From the NCBI GenBank assembly GCA_963764165.1, contig CAVXRD010000001.1:352001-416000 (forward strand): 64,000 bases of DNA, given 5' to 3'. The position numbers were made by a program, and so were the translations under genes. Position 1 is the first letter of the stretch; each line of letters opens with the position of its first letter. This stretch comes from an uncultured Verrucomicrobiae bacterium (GTDB lineage: Bacteria; Verrucomicrobiota; Verrucomicrobiia; Limisphaerales; Palsa-1400). Positions 1-9,927 of the stretch are shown piece after piece. Under the pieces are notes generated by a model. The model was not told the origin of the DNA, made no database searches, and saw only the letters and a program-made list of their open reading frames with translations.

Positions 1-1
1 G

Positions 2-919
2 GGCCGGCTGCTCAATGAGGTTCATCCCCTGCACCGGTCGATTTGCCAGCCGCTGAACCTCAAATACTATTGGAGCGCTTCGGACACCGAATATGCCACC
101 GATGTCATTTTCAAGGAGCCCGAGAGCCTGGCCCGGCTTTATCCCAGCCTGGTTCACCATGCCATCAGTTCCTTTTCCAGCGCGGACGTGATGAGGTTTT
201 TGGGCCGATACGTTCCCATCAGCACGGGCAGGGTGTACGGCCAGTTTGAGGGCGAAATCACCAGCGACACCAAACGGCGGCCGGAGGGCGTGCGGGTCAA
301 GCACAGTCTTAACGGCAACTCGATCAAATTTTACGACAAGCAGGGCTCGGTTTTGCGGATCGAAACGACGGTGACGCACCCGGAGGAATTTAAAGTTTAT
401 CGCAAACCGGAAGGCCGGCCCAAGGAGGCCAAACGCTGGCTGACATTGCGCCGGGGGCTGGCCGACCTGAAACGGCGCAAAGAAATCTCTCACCGGGCCA
501 ATGAACGTTATTTGCAGGCGTTGGGATCCGTCAGCGGAACGGTGCCGCTGTTCCAATGGGTTGAAAAATGCTGCAAGCCCCTGCGGCAGGCGGGGCGGCG
601 CTACCGCGCCCTCAATCCTTGGGCCCCGGAGGACGGACGCCTTTTGGAAATGGTCAGCCAGGGAGAGTACGCCCTCAACGGCTTTCGCAGTCGAGACATT
701 CGGCAGGCCTATTTTCCCAGCCGGTGCGATGACCGCGAACTCAAACGCAGAATGGGCTGGATTGGACGCCGACTGCGGCTCCTGCGAGCGCATGGCTTGA
801 TCGCCAAAGTCAGCGGCACCCACCGCTATGTTGTCACCGAGAAAGGGCGCACCACCATTACTGCGCTCTTGACCGCCCGCAAAGCGGACGTGGACAAATT
901 GACCAAACTCGCCGCCTAA
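2..919 (+). mobile_element. Putative transposase of an uncharacterised family (Rep-like YDK...RIE motif plus C-terminal winged helix); 5'-truncated by the window edge
   Basis: Frame is open from position 2 (GRLLNEVH...YYWSASDTEYATDVIF...DVMRFLG) into ORF 188..919. Motif SIKFYDKQGSVLRIETT resembles rolling-circle initiator motifs. C-terminus LRLLRAHGLIAKVSGTHRYVVTEKG is wHTH-like. Mobility is inferred, not shown. Confidence 0.55.
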
Positions 920-964
920 AACTTTGCCAAAAATGAAGAGTTTTCCGAAATAGCACTACAAAGG

Positions 965-988
965 GCGCAAAGATTTTGCCGATTGTTT
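965..988 (+). repeat. 24-bp direct repeat, copy 1 (copy 2 at 1740-1763), flanking the ParDE-like module
   Basis: gcgcaaagattttgcCgattgttt vs gcgcaaagattttgcAgattgttt, 1 mismatch. Confidence 0.85.
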
Positions 989-1059
989 TGGCCGATCCCC
1001 GAGGAGTGGCGTCAATACTTCTTGAAAATGGCGTTGGCGTTCTTATGTTAATGTTCAAT

Positions 1060-1317
1060 ATGGAAATCGCGCTCGCTAAAGATGTTGAAGATTTTCTTCA
1101 GGAGCAAATCCGCGAAGGCGTTTGCGCGGATGCGAGCGATCTCGTTAACGATATTCTTCGAGCCGTCCGCGATCAGCAATCCGCCCGTGTCGCGGCGACA
1201 CCGGAATTGGAAGCGTGGCTGCTGGCCGCCGCTGACGAACCTGCCACACTGCTGACAGGCGCGGATTTCGCTGGGATTCGGGAGCGATCTCAGGCGCGAC
1301 CAAACCCTTCGGCCTGA
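1060..1317 (+). CDS. ParD-like (CC2985-type) antitoxin
   Basis: MEIALAKDVEDFLQEQIREGVCADASDLVNDILR pattern; acidic C-terminus; stop overlaps the toxin start. Confidence 0.75.
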   Translation: MEIALAKDVEDFLQEQIREGVCADASDLVNDILRAVRDQQSARVAATPELEAWLLAAADEPATLLTGADFAGIRERSQARPNPSA

Positions 1318-1646
1318 TGAACGTCCGTAAAACGGACACATTCCTCGCCGATATTGAGCGGCAATATGGGTGGTACGTCTCGAACGCGGGTGTCGCCGTG
1401 GCTGATCGCTATCTTAACGCCGTGGAAACAGTCTGCGGGCTGCTTTCTCACCATCCAAACATTGGCCCGGCTGGCGGGTTTGCGCATCCAAAATTGCGGG
1501 ATTGGCGTTTCTTTCCCGTGCTCCGGCCATTTGGAAGGCACATCTTGTTTTATCAAATCGTGGCCGGGGAAGTCGTGCTGAGGCGCCCTTTGCATGGGCA
1601 TCGAGATTTGCAAGGGGGGTTGCTCGACCCCGCCTCGGACCATTGA
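1317..1646 (+). CDS. ParE/RelE-family toxin
   Basis: 109 aa; FLADIE...VADRYL...L..HP.IG...R.F.V..F.RHILFY.....V...R.LHG.RDL pattern typical of ParE. Confidence 0.85.
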   Translation: MNVRKTDTFLADIERQYGWYVSNAGVAVADRYLNAVETVCGLLSHHPNIGPAGGFAHPKLRDWRFFPVLRPFGRHILFYQIVAGEVVLRRPLHGHRDLQGGLLDPASDH

Positions 1647-1657
1647 AGCATCTGATC

Positions 1658-1763
1658 CTTGCGACTCTGCGGCCCTTGCGTTAAATCCCTTCCCCGGATC
1701 CGATGGGGTAATTTAACGCCAAGACGCAAAGGCCCGAGAGCGCAAAGATTTTGCAGATTGTTT
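1658..1763. repeat. Back-to-back 'cgcaaag' REP-like units (cccttgcgttaaat / atttaacgccaagacgcaaag); includes direct-repeat copy 2
   Basis: Related units at 960-972, 2241-2265 and 51666-51686. Confidence 0.7.
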
Positions 1764-1764
1764 C

Positions 1765-2142
1765 ATGTGCCTTCTCCAAGAGTTTTTCCGGGCCATCCTC
1801 GGCCACATTCGCGAACAAATGGTAAAGCTGGAACAAGGCAAAGATTTTAATGGCAGCGTAACTTGGACGGAAAAGGCCAAAGCCCAACAATATTACGACA
1901 GCCTGAATATTGAGAAGGATCCATCGTCCAAAGAGAAATGGCTGAACCGCACCCGCCTCATTGCAGAAAGGAGGCAGCGGTTTGCATCAAAGCTTTCCTT
2001 CGTGGAAGATGATGAAGCAGCGGTAGGCGTCAAATCCCAAATACCCGAGGATCCCATCCCAGTCAAAGTTGGAAGCCCCTTAATTGGAGAAGCGGTCAAT
2101 TCCGATCACGAACCCACTAAGACAACGCCAAATACGACGTGA
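1765..2142 (+). CDS. Hypothetical protein, possibly a gene fragment
   Basis: 125-aa ORF, visibly less GC-rich than its neighbours, no recognisable motif. Confidence 0.4.
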   Translation: MCLLQEFFRAILGHIREQMVKLEQGKDFNGSVTWTEKAKAQQYYDSLNIEKDPSSKEKWLNRTRLIAERRQRFASKLSFVEDDEAAVGVKSQIPEDPIPVKVGSPLIGEAVNSDHEPTKTTPNTT

Positions 2143-2282
2143 GTGTAAATCAGGCCACGGGTGTGGCGCGCAACTGCGTCGAAGACCAGTCATAGCGCGT
2201 TGAACCGGAGGGAGTGAACTTTTTTTTGGTTGCGGCTGCGCGTGCCTTTGCGCCCTTGCGTTGAAGTCCCCCTCTGGCCTCT

Positions 2283-2397
2283 TTTCCTGAGTTCGGTCGT
2301 TCCAGATTCAATTTTCCTAATTTTTCTCCAAAAATCGCTTCAAAAACACTCTGGTAGGTTTTCCACCACACGATATCCGTGCCAAAATGCGCCCATG
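2283..2397 (+). repeat. Dispersed ~115-bp element, copy A (tttcctgagttcgg...ctctggtaggtttt...ATG)
   Basis: Near-identical first ~80 bp to 35380-35461; related to the reverse complement of 41545-41617. Confidence 0.85.
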
Positions 2398-2712
2398 CTT
2401 ATGCAGGGTCATATTGAGGGAGGCGGCGCCGCGGGCGACTTCATGCTCAGGCGCGGCAGTCTGGGCGCTCTTCCAGCGGGGCCACATCGACGGATGTTTC
2501 ACTACATTCCCACGCGGGATTTTCAACATTCCAGGAAAAACTGTTGCACTCTATTTCACCCTATTGCACCTACCGTTTTTGCACCCAGCTTGCACCCTCC
2601 AGGACGGGTTTCCGGCAAAGGTCGGCGCGGCGATGCCCGGTGCCAAAACGAACCTTGTCTGAGCCGTGGCGTTGCTTTAGCGTCCTGCCGTTCGTGGTCT
2701 TTATGTTCGTTT

Positions 2713-3870
2713 ATGGATGATGCGCCGATTTCGTTTGCGGATGCGGAGATTACATCTCCTCCCTCGCTCCATATCGCGACGGACAACGGGCGCACGACGA
2801 TGACGTTTGCGGGCGATTGGGTTTGGCGCGCTTGCCCGCCTCCGGTGCAGCCGCTGGAATTAGGCGTCCCGGGAAAAGTCACCGCGGTCAGATGCGTGAT
2901 TGCGGGTGTCAAAGCCTGGGATAGCACGCTGCTGGCGGTGCTTTTGCAATTGCGCCGCCAATGCGCGGCTTCGCGTGTCCCATTCAGCGCGGAGGGGCTG
3001 CCGCCGCATCTCAAAAAGCTGCTGGATTCCGCGCCCGACGCCAAATGGCCTGATGAGCCGGTTCCGCCGCCCTCCGGTTTCTTTTATGGCGCGGGGATTA
3101 AACTCAAAAAACTCGTGGCTGGACTTTACCACGCCGTTTATTTCACGGGCGAATGCGCCCAGGCGCTGTTCCACGTCCTGCGCCATCCCAAGGCGCTGCG
3201 GTGGGATGAATGCCGCCTTGTCATGCAGGAATGCGGGCCGGCCTCGCTGGGAATCGTCGGATTGATCAGCTTTTTGACCGGGTGCATCCTGGCCTGGCAG
3301 GGCGCGCTGCAATTGCGCCAGTTCGGCGCGGAAATTTACGTGGCCGATCTTGTCGGCGTGGCGCTCGTGCGCGAGATGGGGCCGATCATGGTTTCAATCG
3401 TTCTGGCGGGCCGGATTGGCGCGGCCTTTGCGGCCCACCTGGCTACCATGGAGGCGTCGGAGGAAGTTGACGCGCTGCGGACTTGGGGGTTCTCGCCGGT
3501 GCAATTTCTCGTGCTGCCGCGCATCGTCGCCTTGACAGCGATGATGCCAATCCTGGTGCTTTACGCCAATCTGCTGGGGATCGTCGGCGGCCTGCTGGTG
3601 GGAATGGGCGTGCTCGGTTTGGCGCGCGACGCGTATATGTCAGAAACGTGGCGGGCGCTGCACATGGGCGACCTGGAAATCGGACTTGCCAAGAGCATCG
3701 TCTTTGCCATTGGCGTGGCGAGCATCGGCTGCGCGAGCGGATTGAAGGCGGATCGCAGCGCGGAAGGCGTGGGCGCGGCGACGACTTCATCGGTTGTCAA
3801 AAGCATTTTGTTCATCATCATCGTGGACGCCATTTTCGGCGCGTGTTCGCAGCCCGCAACAGTGGCATGA
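2713..3870 (+). CDS. MlaE-family ABC permease with N-terminal STAS-like domain
   Basis: VREMGPIMVSIVLAGRIGAAFAAHLATMEASEEVDAL and SAEGVGAATTSSVV motifs; start chosen at MDDAP. Confidence 0.9.
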   Translation: MDDAPISFADAEITSPPSLHIATDNGRTTMTFAGDWVWRACPPPVQPLELGVPGKVTAVRCVIAGVKAWDSTLLAVLLQLRRQCAASRVPFSAEGLPPHLKKLLDSAPDAKWPDEPVPPPSGFFYGAGIKLKKLVAGLYHAVYFTGECAQALFHVLRHPKALRWDECRLVMQECGPASLGIVGLISFLTGCILAWQGALQLRQFGAEIYVADLVGVALVREMGPIMVSIVLAGRIGAAFAAHLATMEASEEVDALRTWGFSPVQFLVLPRIVALTAMMPILVLYANLLGIVGGLLVGMGVLGLARDAYMSETWRALHMGDLEIGLAKSIVFAIGVASIGCASGLKADRSAEGVGAATTSSVVKSILFIIIVDAIFGACSQPATVA

Positions 3871-4652
3871 GCGCCGCCGATTCCAAATTTGCGGTCGAAG
3901 CGCGCAATCTGGATTGCGGCTACGGCGGAAAGCCCGTGCTGCGCGGCCTGAACTTTCAAGTGAGGCCCGGCGAGATTTTCGTCATCATGGGAGAAAGCGG
4001 CTGCGGCAAAAGCACGCTCTTGAAACATCTCATCGGGCTGAATCCTCCGCTGGCGGGCGAGGTTATTTTTCACGGGCGCAATTATTCGCACGCGCAAGGG
4101 CCGGAGCGATACGACTTGCAGCAGCGTTTTGGCGTGCTTTATCAAAGCGGCGCGCTCTGGAGTTCGCTGACGGTGGCGGAAAATGTCGCGCTGCCATTGA
4201 TCGAGCACACGACGCTGGATCGAGCGACGATCAATGAATTGGTCATGCTGAAGTTGGCGCTCGTTCGCATGGAGGCTTTCGCGCATTTTTTCCCCTCGGA
4301 AATCAGCGGCGGCATGAAAAAGCGCGCGGGGCTGGCGCGGGCGATGGCGCTGGACCCGAGCCTGCTCTTTTTTGACGAGCCATCCGCGGGGCTTGATCCG
4401 ACTTCATCGCGGGAATTGGACGATTTGATGATTCGCGTGCGCGACAATCTTGGCACCACGCTCGTCGTGGTGACGCACGAACTGGCGAGCATTTTCGCCA
4501 TCGCGGACAACGCGATGATGCTGTGCAAGGAAACGCAAGGCATCATCGAAATCGGTCATCCCGCCGAGATGGCGCGCAATTCGACGCACCCGGTCGTGCA
4601 TCGTTTTTTGAATCGTGAACCTCGGGACAAAACCGCGGCAGCTTCCTTATGA
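3867..4652 (+). CDS. MlaF-type ABC ATP-binding protein
   Basis: Walker A GESGCGKS, ISGGMKKRAGLARA, FFDEPSAGLDP; ATGA overlap with the permease. Confidence 0.92.
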   Translation: MSAADSKFAVEARNLDCGYGGKPVLRGLNFQVRPGEIFVIMGESGCGKSTLLKHLIGLNPPLAGEVIFHGRNYSHAQGPERYDLQQRFGVLYQSGALWSSLTVAENVALPLIEHTTLDRATINELVMLKLALVRMEAFAHFFPSEISGGMKKRAGLARAMALDPSLLFFDEPSAGLDPTSSRELDDLMIRVRDNLGTTLVVVTHELASIFAIADNAMMLCKETQGIIEIGHPAEMARNSTHPVVHRFLNREPRDKTAAASL

Positions 4653-5692
4653 CACGAACCGAATTCAATCCGGCCAAGCTGGGAGTCTTTTTGATTGGCG
4701 GCCTCGCGCTTGGCGTCATGGCCTTTGTTTTGTGGGGTCCGCTCAGCGATCTTTGGCAGAAGCGCTACGTGACATTCTTCGACGAAGCGGCGACGGGCCT
4801 CGACGTCGGCTCGCCCGTCCGCCTCAACGGGGTGAACATCGGCAAAGTCGAATCCATTGATTTGTTTTTCGACCAATCGCAAACCAACCGGGTTTACACC
4901 GCGGTCGTGGTGCAACTGGATCCCCACAAAGTCAACAGCATCAGCAAAGGCGGCGTGGGATTCAATGCGATGCTCGCGAACAAGGAGGTTTCCGCGATGC
5001 TTGGCATTTCCGGCCTGGTCAGCATGACGCTGGAGGTGGATTTGAAAATTGAGCCGCACCCGCTGAAGGAAAGCGATTACCACGCGTGGGAGATGTCCAA
5101 TTACGCCAATTACTTTGGCAAATATCCATGGATTCCCGCGCGGCAATCGATAATCGCGAAGGTGATGGAAAAATTGGACGATGTTCTGGAGGACGAAGCG
5201 CTTCCGAGCATCATCGGCTCCCTCGGCGCGCTCATCAGCACCAACAACAGCAACGGGCTGGTTTTCAAAGTTTCCGCCGCCGCCGACAATCTCAACGCGC
5301 TCACCAAAACGCTGAACACGATGCTGGCTGTCAATACGAATGACATTCACACCGTCGTCAGCAATTTCGCGCTGCTCTCCGCAGACGTCACCCCCAAACT
5401 GGACATGCTGGTGAGCAATCTCAGCAACGCTTCGATCAGCGCGCAAACGAATCTCGATAAATTTGGCGCGGGCGTGCAATTCATCACCAACAGTCTGCCA
5501 GGCATTTTGACAAATCTCGACGCGCTTTCGTCGGAGCTGTCGGTGGTGTTGCGGGGCGCGGCACCCATTCCGCCGCAAGCTGTCGAAACATTGCGCAGCT
5601 TGCAGGACACCAGCGAAAGCCTGCACCGCCTGGTTGATTTCGTGGAGCGCCACCCTGAATCGCTGCTGCGCGGGCGGGCCAGCGAAAAATGA
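4649..5692 (+). CDS. MCE/MlaD-family protein (PqiB-like C-terminus)
   Basis: N-terminal TM; FDEAATGLDVGSPVRLNGVNIGKV MCE motif; helical tail ending ERHPESLLRG. Confidence 0.9.
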   Translation: MTRTEFNPAKLGVFLIGGLALGVMAFVLWGPLSDLWQKRYVTFFDEAATGLDVGSPVRLNGVNIGKVESIDLFFDQSQTNRVYTAVVVQLDPHKVNSISKGGVGFNAMLANKEVSAMLGISGLVSMTLEVDLKIEPHPLKESDYHAWEMSNYANYFGKYPWIPARQSIIAKVMEKLDDVLEDEALPSIIGSLGALISTNNSNGLVFKVSAAADNLNALTKTLNTMLAVNTNDIHTVVSNFALLSADVTPKLDMLVSNLSNASISAQTNLDKFGAGVQFITNSLPGILTNLDALSSELSVVLRGAAPIPPQAVETLRSLQDTSESLHRLVDFVERHPESLLRGRASEK

Positions 5693-6318
5693 TTATGAAG
5701 AAACGGAATTTAATCGCATCTGCGTTTATTGCCCTCATGGCCGCCGGCTGCCTGAGCCAGCCCGACCGCGTCCAGTATTACTATCTTTCGGCGCCGGCGC
5801 CGTCGCACGCCTCGCCGATAACACCGGACAAAACATTCATCACTGGTCTGCGCCTGAGTTCCGCCGATTTCCTGCGCGCGCGGCACATGCTCGTGGAGGT
5901 GGGTGACAACCAATTGCGCCCCTCGGAAGACAATATTTGGGAAGAGCTGCCGCAGGCCGGATTCGCCCGCGTGCTCTCGGCGCGATTCGCGCAGAATCTG
6001 CCGAACTGCCAATTGATTCCGCTCCCGAGCGCCAGCGCGAGCCAGCCGCAAATTATTTTGGAAATTCAATTGCTCGCCCTGGCCGGCCGCCTCAAGCCCA
6101 GCAGCGAAGCGGAAGTCGCCGCGGAAATTCGTATTCTTGACGCGAAGGGTCATTTGATTGAACGCGATGAAATTCGCAAAGCGGTCCCGTGGAATTCATC
6201 CGGCAAAACAAAAAACTACTCAGCGCTGGCGGCGGCGGAAAGCAAAGCCGCGGCGGAAATGGCGGACGAAATCGCGGTCAAACTAGGAGCCTGCTGGGGC
6301 AAGATGTCTGTCAAATAA
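5689..6318 (+). CDS. PqiC-like ABC-transport auxiliary lipoprotein
   Basis: Lipobox AAGC; YYYLS; W.E.P motif; last gene of the MCE operon. Confidence 0.8.
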   Translation: MIMKKRNLIASAFIALMAAGCLSQPDRVQYYYLSAPAPSHASPITPDKTFITGLRLSSADFLRARHMLVEVGDNQLRPSEDNIWEELPQAGFARVLSARFAQNLPNCQLIPLPSASASQPQIILEIQLLALAGRLKPSSEAEVAAEIRILDAKGHLIERDEIRKAVPWNSSGKTKNYSALAAAESKAAAEMADEIAVKLGACWGKMSVK

Positions 6319-6319
6319 A

Positions 6320-6435
6320 GGTAGGGACGCCTCGCCGAGGCGTCCGGCGACGTGGCATTTTTCGAACGCGTAAGGATCTGCGAATGTCCCCGGACGCCTC
6401 GGGCGGAAGTTCCGCTTCCCAGAGGCGTCCCTACC
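6320..6435. repeat. GTAG-type REP doublet
   Basis: ggtagggacgcctcgccgaggcgtcc ... ggacgcctc(insert)gaggcgtccctacc between convergent genes. Confidence 0.85.
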
Positions 6436-6452
6436 TCGCTTCGCGATTTCGC

Positions 6453-7587
6453 CTACGCGCGGAAAAAGCGCATGGCCAAAACATTTGCCACGAGTCCGAA
6501 CGCCAGCAAAACACTCATCGGCAGCAATGCCGCTTCAATGCCCGCGCCGAAGCTGATGAGTTGATTAAGCGCGGCCAGCGCCCAGCCCGTCGGAAAACAG
6601 AGCGCCACCGTTTTAAAAATGGGCGGCGCGATCTCCATCGGCCACCAGCAGCCGCCGAGCGCGCCCATCATCAGGCCGGCCAGAACACATATAGGCACCA
6701 CGCGGTCTTCCGACGCGAGCACGCACCCGGCCAAAACTCCAGAGCGTGCCTCCCACCCACGAGAGCAGCAGGAGCACAAGGAAAACGCCGGGAAAGTTCG
6801 CTCCAATGTTGACGTGAAAAACAACTTTTCCCAACACAAGGAAATACGCGACCTGCGCCGCGCCCAGCAACGTGTTGCCGTAAATCTTTCCCAGCACAAT
6901 TTCCATTTTCGAGGCGGCGGATGTGGTCAGGCGCTTAATGACTCCGTTGCGGCGGGAGGCCGCCATCGAAGTGCCGCCAAAGATCAGCAAGTTCAGCATG
7001 ACATACATCACGAGATTGCCGGGGAGCGAGAAATTGTATCCGGACGGCACCGGCTTCCGGCCCGCGAAATGCGAATCCAGCGTGACCGGATTCGGCGCCT
7101 TCATAATCTCGTGCAGCGATTGATCGGTGAGATTGGAAAGGCTGCCTTCCTTGCCGACGGCTTCCAGCAAATGCCCGTTCAATCCGACCAGCGCACGTGT
7201 CAAGCGAAGGTCCAGCATCGCGCCATCCGCTTCCCCCGCCCCCTCGGCGTGAATGAATGCGAGTTTCGTCCGTTCGCCGCGCAGCGTGCGCTCGGTGAAA
7301 TCGGCGGGAATATGAAGCTCGCGAACAGGCTTATCGGTGTTGGTCGGCGAGAGCACCCACATGCCTTCGGCGCCCATTTCTTCAAGGAGCGTTTTCGACA
7401 AAAAATTTGTGTCGTCGTTGAAAATTTTCACCGGCGCGGTGCGGTCGCGCGCGTCGCCGGGCGCCTTGTTGACACTGCCGAGAAAGTAAACCATCACCGT
7501 CGGAATCAGAAACAGCCAGACGTAGGCGGTGCGGCTGCGAAAGAAAATCCGGAGGTCATTATGGCCGATGGTGAGAATTCGATTCAC
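6453..7587 (-). pseudogene. ABC-2-type permease split by a +1 frameshift near 6741 (pseudogene or sequencing error)
   Basis: GTG start at 7587 (VNRILTIGHNDLR...). Reading ...SWVGGTL then switches to GVLAGCVLASEDRVV...GGCWWPME in ORF 6453..6899; removing one T restores the frame. Confidence 0.8.
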
Positions 7588-8885
7588 TAGCGAAGCCCCT
7601 TTCCAAACCGCCGTTTGAAGGCAAAAGCCGCAATGGCGACGCATGCAATGCCAGTCACCAGTAATTTTGCCGCGGGCGAACTCCAACCCGCGCCAGGCCA
7701 CCAAAGACCGCGCCCGGCAGTCGAAAACCAAAACGTTGGCAACAGCGGCATGATGCTCTCGCGCAGGAATAGCGGCATATTGTCGGGTGGAAACATGCAG
7801 CCGCCAGCCATGCTCAAGACCATGCACAGCATATTATTGAGCGCGTTGGCCCGCCGTTCGTCGGGCATGAGCGCGACCGTCACCGACATCAAACCGGCGC
7901 AGAAAACAACATAGGCGACCGTCAGCGCGGCCAGTTGCAGCGGATGCGTCCAATGAAAATGAAACATCACCTGGCCCGCCCCCAAAATGATGGCCGCGCC
8001 GATCGAGACAACGACCGCCGTAAAAATCACCTTCCCGATGATGAACGGGAGCAAGTTCTCGTGCAACGTCGTGTAGCGCTCAAAGGTCCGCTTTTGCAAT
8101 TCCTTGTGCAAATCGTTCATGCCCTGGCTTGCCAGCATCAGGAGAAACATACCCGCCATGCCGACGAGCATGTAGGCGAACAAATTGAATTTCTGCTCCG
8201 GCTCTTTCGCGGCGCCAGTCGGCGCGCTGGCGGCGACTGCGTTGGTGGCGGGCCTGGCTGCCGCGTCGCTTTGCTCGGCCAGCGCGTTCGTAAAGGTGAT
8301 TAACGGTGGGAAAAGGTAGCCGCGGGCGGCGTGCAATTTATTCCCCGTTTCATCAACCAACCGGGCGATGTCGTGGTAGTCGGATTTGTCCTCGATGACC
8401 GCGCGCCACTTTGGAAATTCGCCGTTCAAGTTTCGGGAGATGGCGTTTAATCCGCTAACCACCACGCCAAATAGCTCGTTCAGAACTGTCGGGTGAATTT
8501 GCTGGGCCGGATTCTTGATCAGTTCGAGTTGAACTTTCTCGCCCATTAAATAGTTTGACGTGAAATTCGGGGGAATGACGAGAATGGCGGCGAGTTTGTC
8601 ATCCCTCAATTGCCGCTCGGCCTCTTCGCGTTCGAGGAAAACTGGCTCGAGAAATTGGCCGCCCTTCCCTTGAGTCGCCGCGCCGCGCAAAATGTCCGAG
8701 ATCGCTGACTTGTCATTTTCCACCACGCCAAATCGAATGCGCCCGATGCTGTTGTCGCCCCCCTGCCCGCCGAACACTAATCCGACTATGGCCGTGATGG
8801 CGATGGGCAGCGCCAGATTCAAAAGCCAAGGCAGCGGATTGCGAAATACCCGCCGCAGATCTTTTTCTATAAGGGCGCGCAGCAT
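7587..8885 (-). CDS. ABC-2-type permease
   Basis: KDLRR N-terminus, large extracytoplasmic loop, six C-terminal TMs, GGCMFP motif. Confidence 0.88.
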   Translation of the reverse strand: MLRALIEKDLRRVFRNPLPWLLNLALPIAITAIVGLVFGGQGGDNSIGRIRFGVVENDKSAISDILRGAATQGKGGQFLEPVFLEREEAERQLRDDKLAAILVIPPNFTSNYLMGEKVQLELIKNPAQQIHPTVLNELFGVVVSGLNAISRNLNGEFPKWRAVIEDKSDYHDIARLVDETGNKLHAARGYLFPPLITFTNALAEQSDAAARPATNAVAASAPTGAAKEPEQKFNLFAYMLVGMAGMFLLMLASQGMNDLHKELQKRTFERYTTLHENLLPFIIGKVIFTAVVVSIGAAIILGAGQVMFHFHWTHPLQLAALTVAYVVFCAGLMSVTVALMPDERRANALNNMLCMVLSMAGGCMFPPDNMPLFLRESIMPLLPTFWFSTAGRGLWWPGAGWSSPAAKLLVTGIACVAIAAFAFKRRFGKGLR

Positions 8886-8886
8886 G

Positions 8887-9819
8887 TCACTCGCGAAGCT
8901 GGCGGCCTGTCAACTGCAAGAACACGTCGTTCAAGCTGGGCCGTTTCAGCGAGACGTTTTGCAAATGAATGGGCAGCGCCAGCAGTTCCTTCAGGCAATC
9001 GGACGGATCGCGCTTGCCGACAGCCGCCACCACCAACTGTTTTTCGGACTTCTGCAAAATCATGAAATGCTCGGTGAATCCGTCCCATTGCGCGGGCGAG
9101 CTTTGGCCAAAATCCGCCTCGACCGTGAACACCAGCCCCTGCCCCAGCCGCTCCTGCAACTGGCCCAGCGTGCCCTCGGCCAGCACTTTTCCGTGATCGA
9201 TGATTCCGATGCGCTGGCAAAGGGTCTCCGCTTCTTCGAGGTAATGAGTCGTGTAAAGAATGGCCGTGCCGGAGGCGCGCAAGGCCAGGATGAATTCCAA
9301 AATTTTATTCCGCGCCTGCGGATCGATTCCCACAGTTGGCTCGTCAAGCAAAACAAGTTTGGGGCGGTGCATCAAGGCGCAGCCGAGATTGATGCGGCGT
9401 TTCATGCCGCCGGAATACGTCTTGACAGGATCTTTGGCGCGGTCTGTCAACGAAAGGGCCTCCAGAAGTTCCGCGCCCCGCTGCTTTGCTTCGGACGCCT
9501 TCAGTCCCGCAATGCGCCCCCAAAATTCCAGATTCTCGCGGCCGGAAAGCTCCTCGTAAAGCGCCAGGTCTTGCGGCGTCACGCCCATCGCTTTTTTTGC
9601 ATCGGAAGGGCTGTCGGAAAACGCCCTGCCATTGACGAAAATCTCGCCGGAATCCGGCTGCAGAAGCCCGCAGACCATCGAGATGGTGGTGGTCTTGCCG
9701 GCCCCGTTCGGGCCGAGCAGCCCGTAGACCTCGCCGGCGGCGACGTTGAAACTGACACCGTCCACCGCCCGGTTTGCGCCAAATGTTTTGGAGATTGCGC
9801 TGACTTTGAGTGCGTCCAC
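8887..9819 (-). CDS. ABC exporter ATP-binding protein
   Basis: GPNGAGKTT, YSGGMKRR, LLDEPTVGIDP, TTHYLEEA. Confidence 0.93.
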   Translation of the reverse strand: MDALKVSAISKTFGANRAVDGVSFNVAAGEVYGLLGPNGAGKTTTISMVCGLLQPDSGEIFVNGRAFSDSPSDAKKAMGVTPQDLALYEELSGRENLEFWGRIAGLKASEAKQRGAELLEALSLTDRAKDPVKTYSGGMKRRINLGCALMHRPKLVLLDEPTVGIDPQARNKILEFILALRASGTAILYTTHYLEEAETLCQRIGIIDHGKVLAEGTLGQLQERLGQGLVFTVEADFGQSSPAQWDGFTEHFMILQKSEKQLVVAAVGKRDPSDCLKELLALPIHLQNVSLKRPSLNDVFLQLTGRQLRE

Positions 9820-9825
9820 GACGCG

Positions 9826-9853
9826 ATAGTAGAATTCTTTCGCGCGACGGCAA
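9826..9853 (-). promoter_or_regulatory. Sigma70-like promoter, probably leaderless
   Basis: TTGCCG-16 bp-TACTAT-6 nt-GTG(9819), no SD. Confidence 0.55.
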
Positions 9854-9927
9854 GATTATATGCTTTACAAAGTCCGCCGCTGTTTGGAATTGACTTAACT
9901 GCCCCTCAAGCGTGGCAGGCTTGGGCT

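Noticed and set aside
1658..1763. Possible integron attC site (GTTAAAT / ATTTAAC)
   Set aside because: The boxes are in the reverse order to attC and no intI is present; better explained as back-to-back REP-like units
2230..2712. Long N-terminal extension of the MlaE-like ORF (similar extensions on tsaD, bcp, DUF1697, DUF3224 and the methyltransferase)
   Set aside because: The extensions run through repeats or intergenic DNA and lack family similarity; downstream starts were chosen
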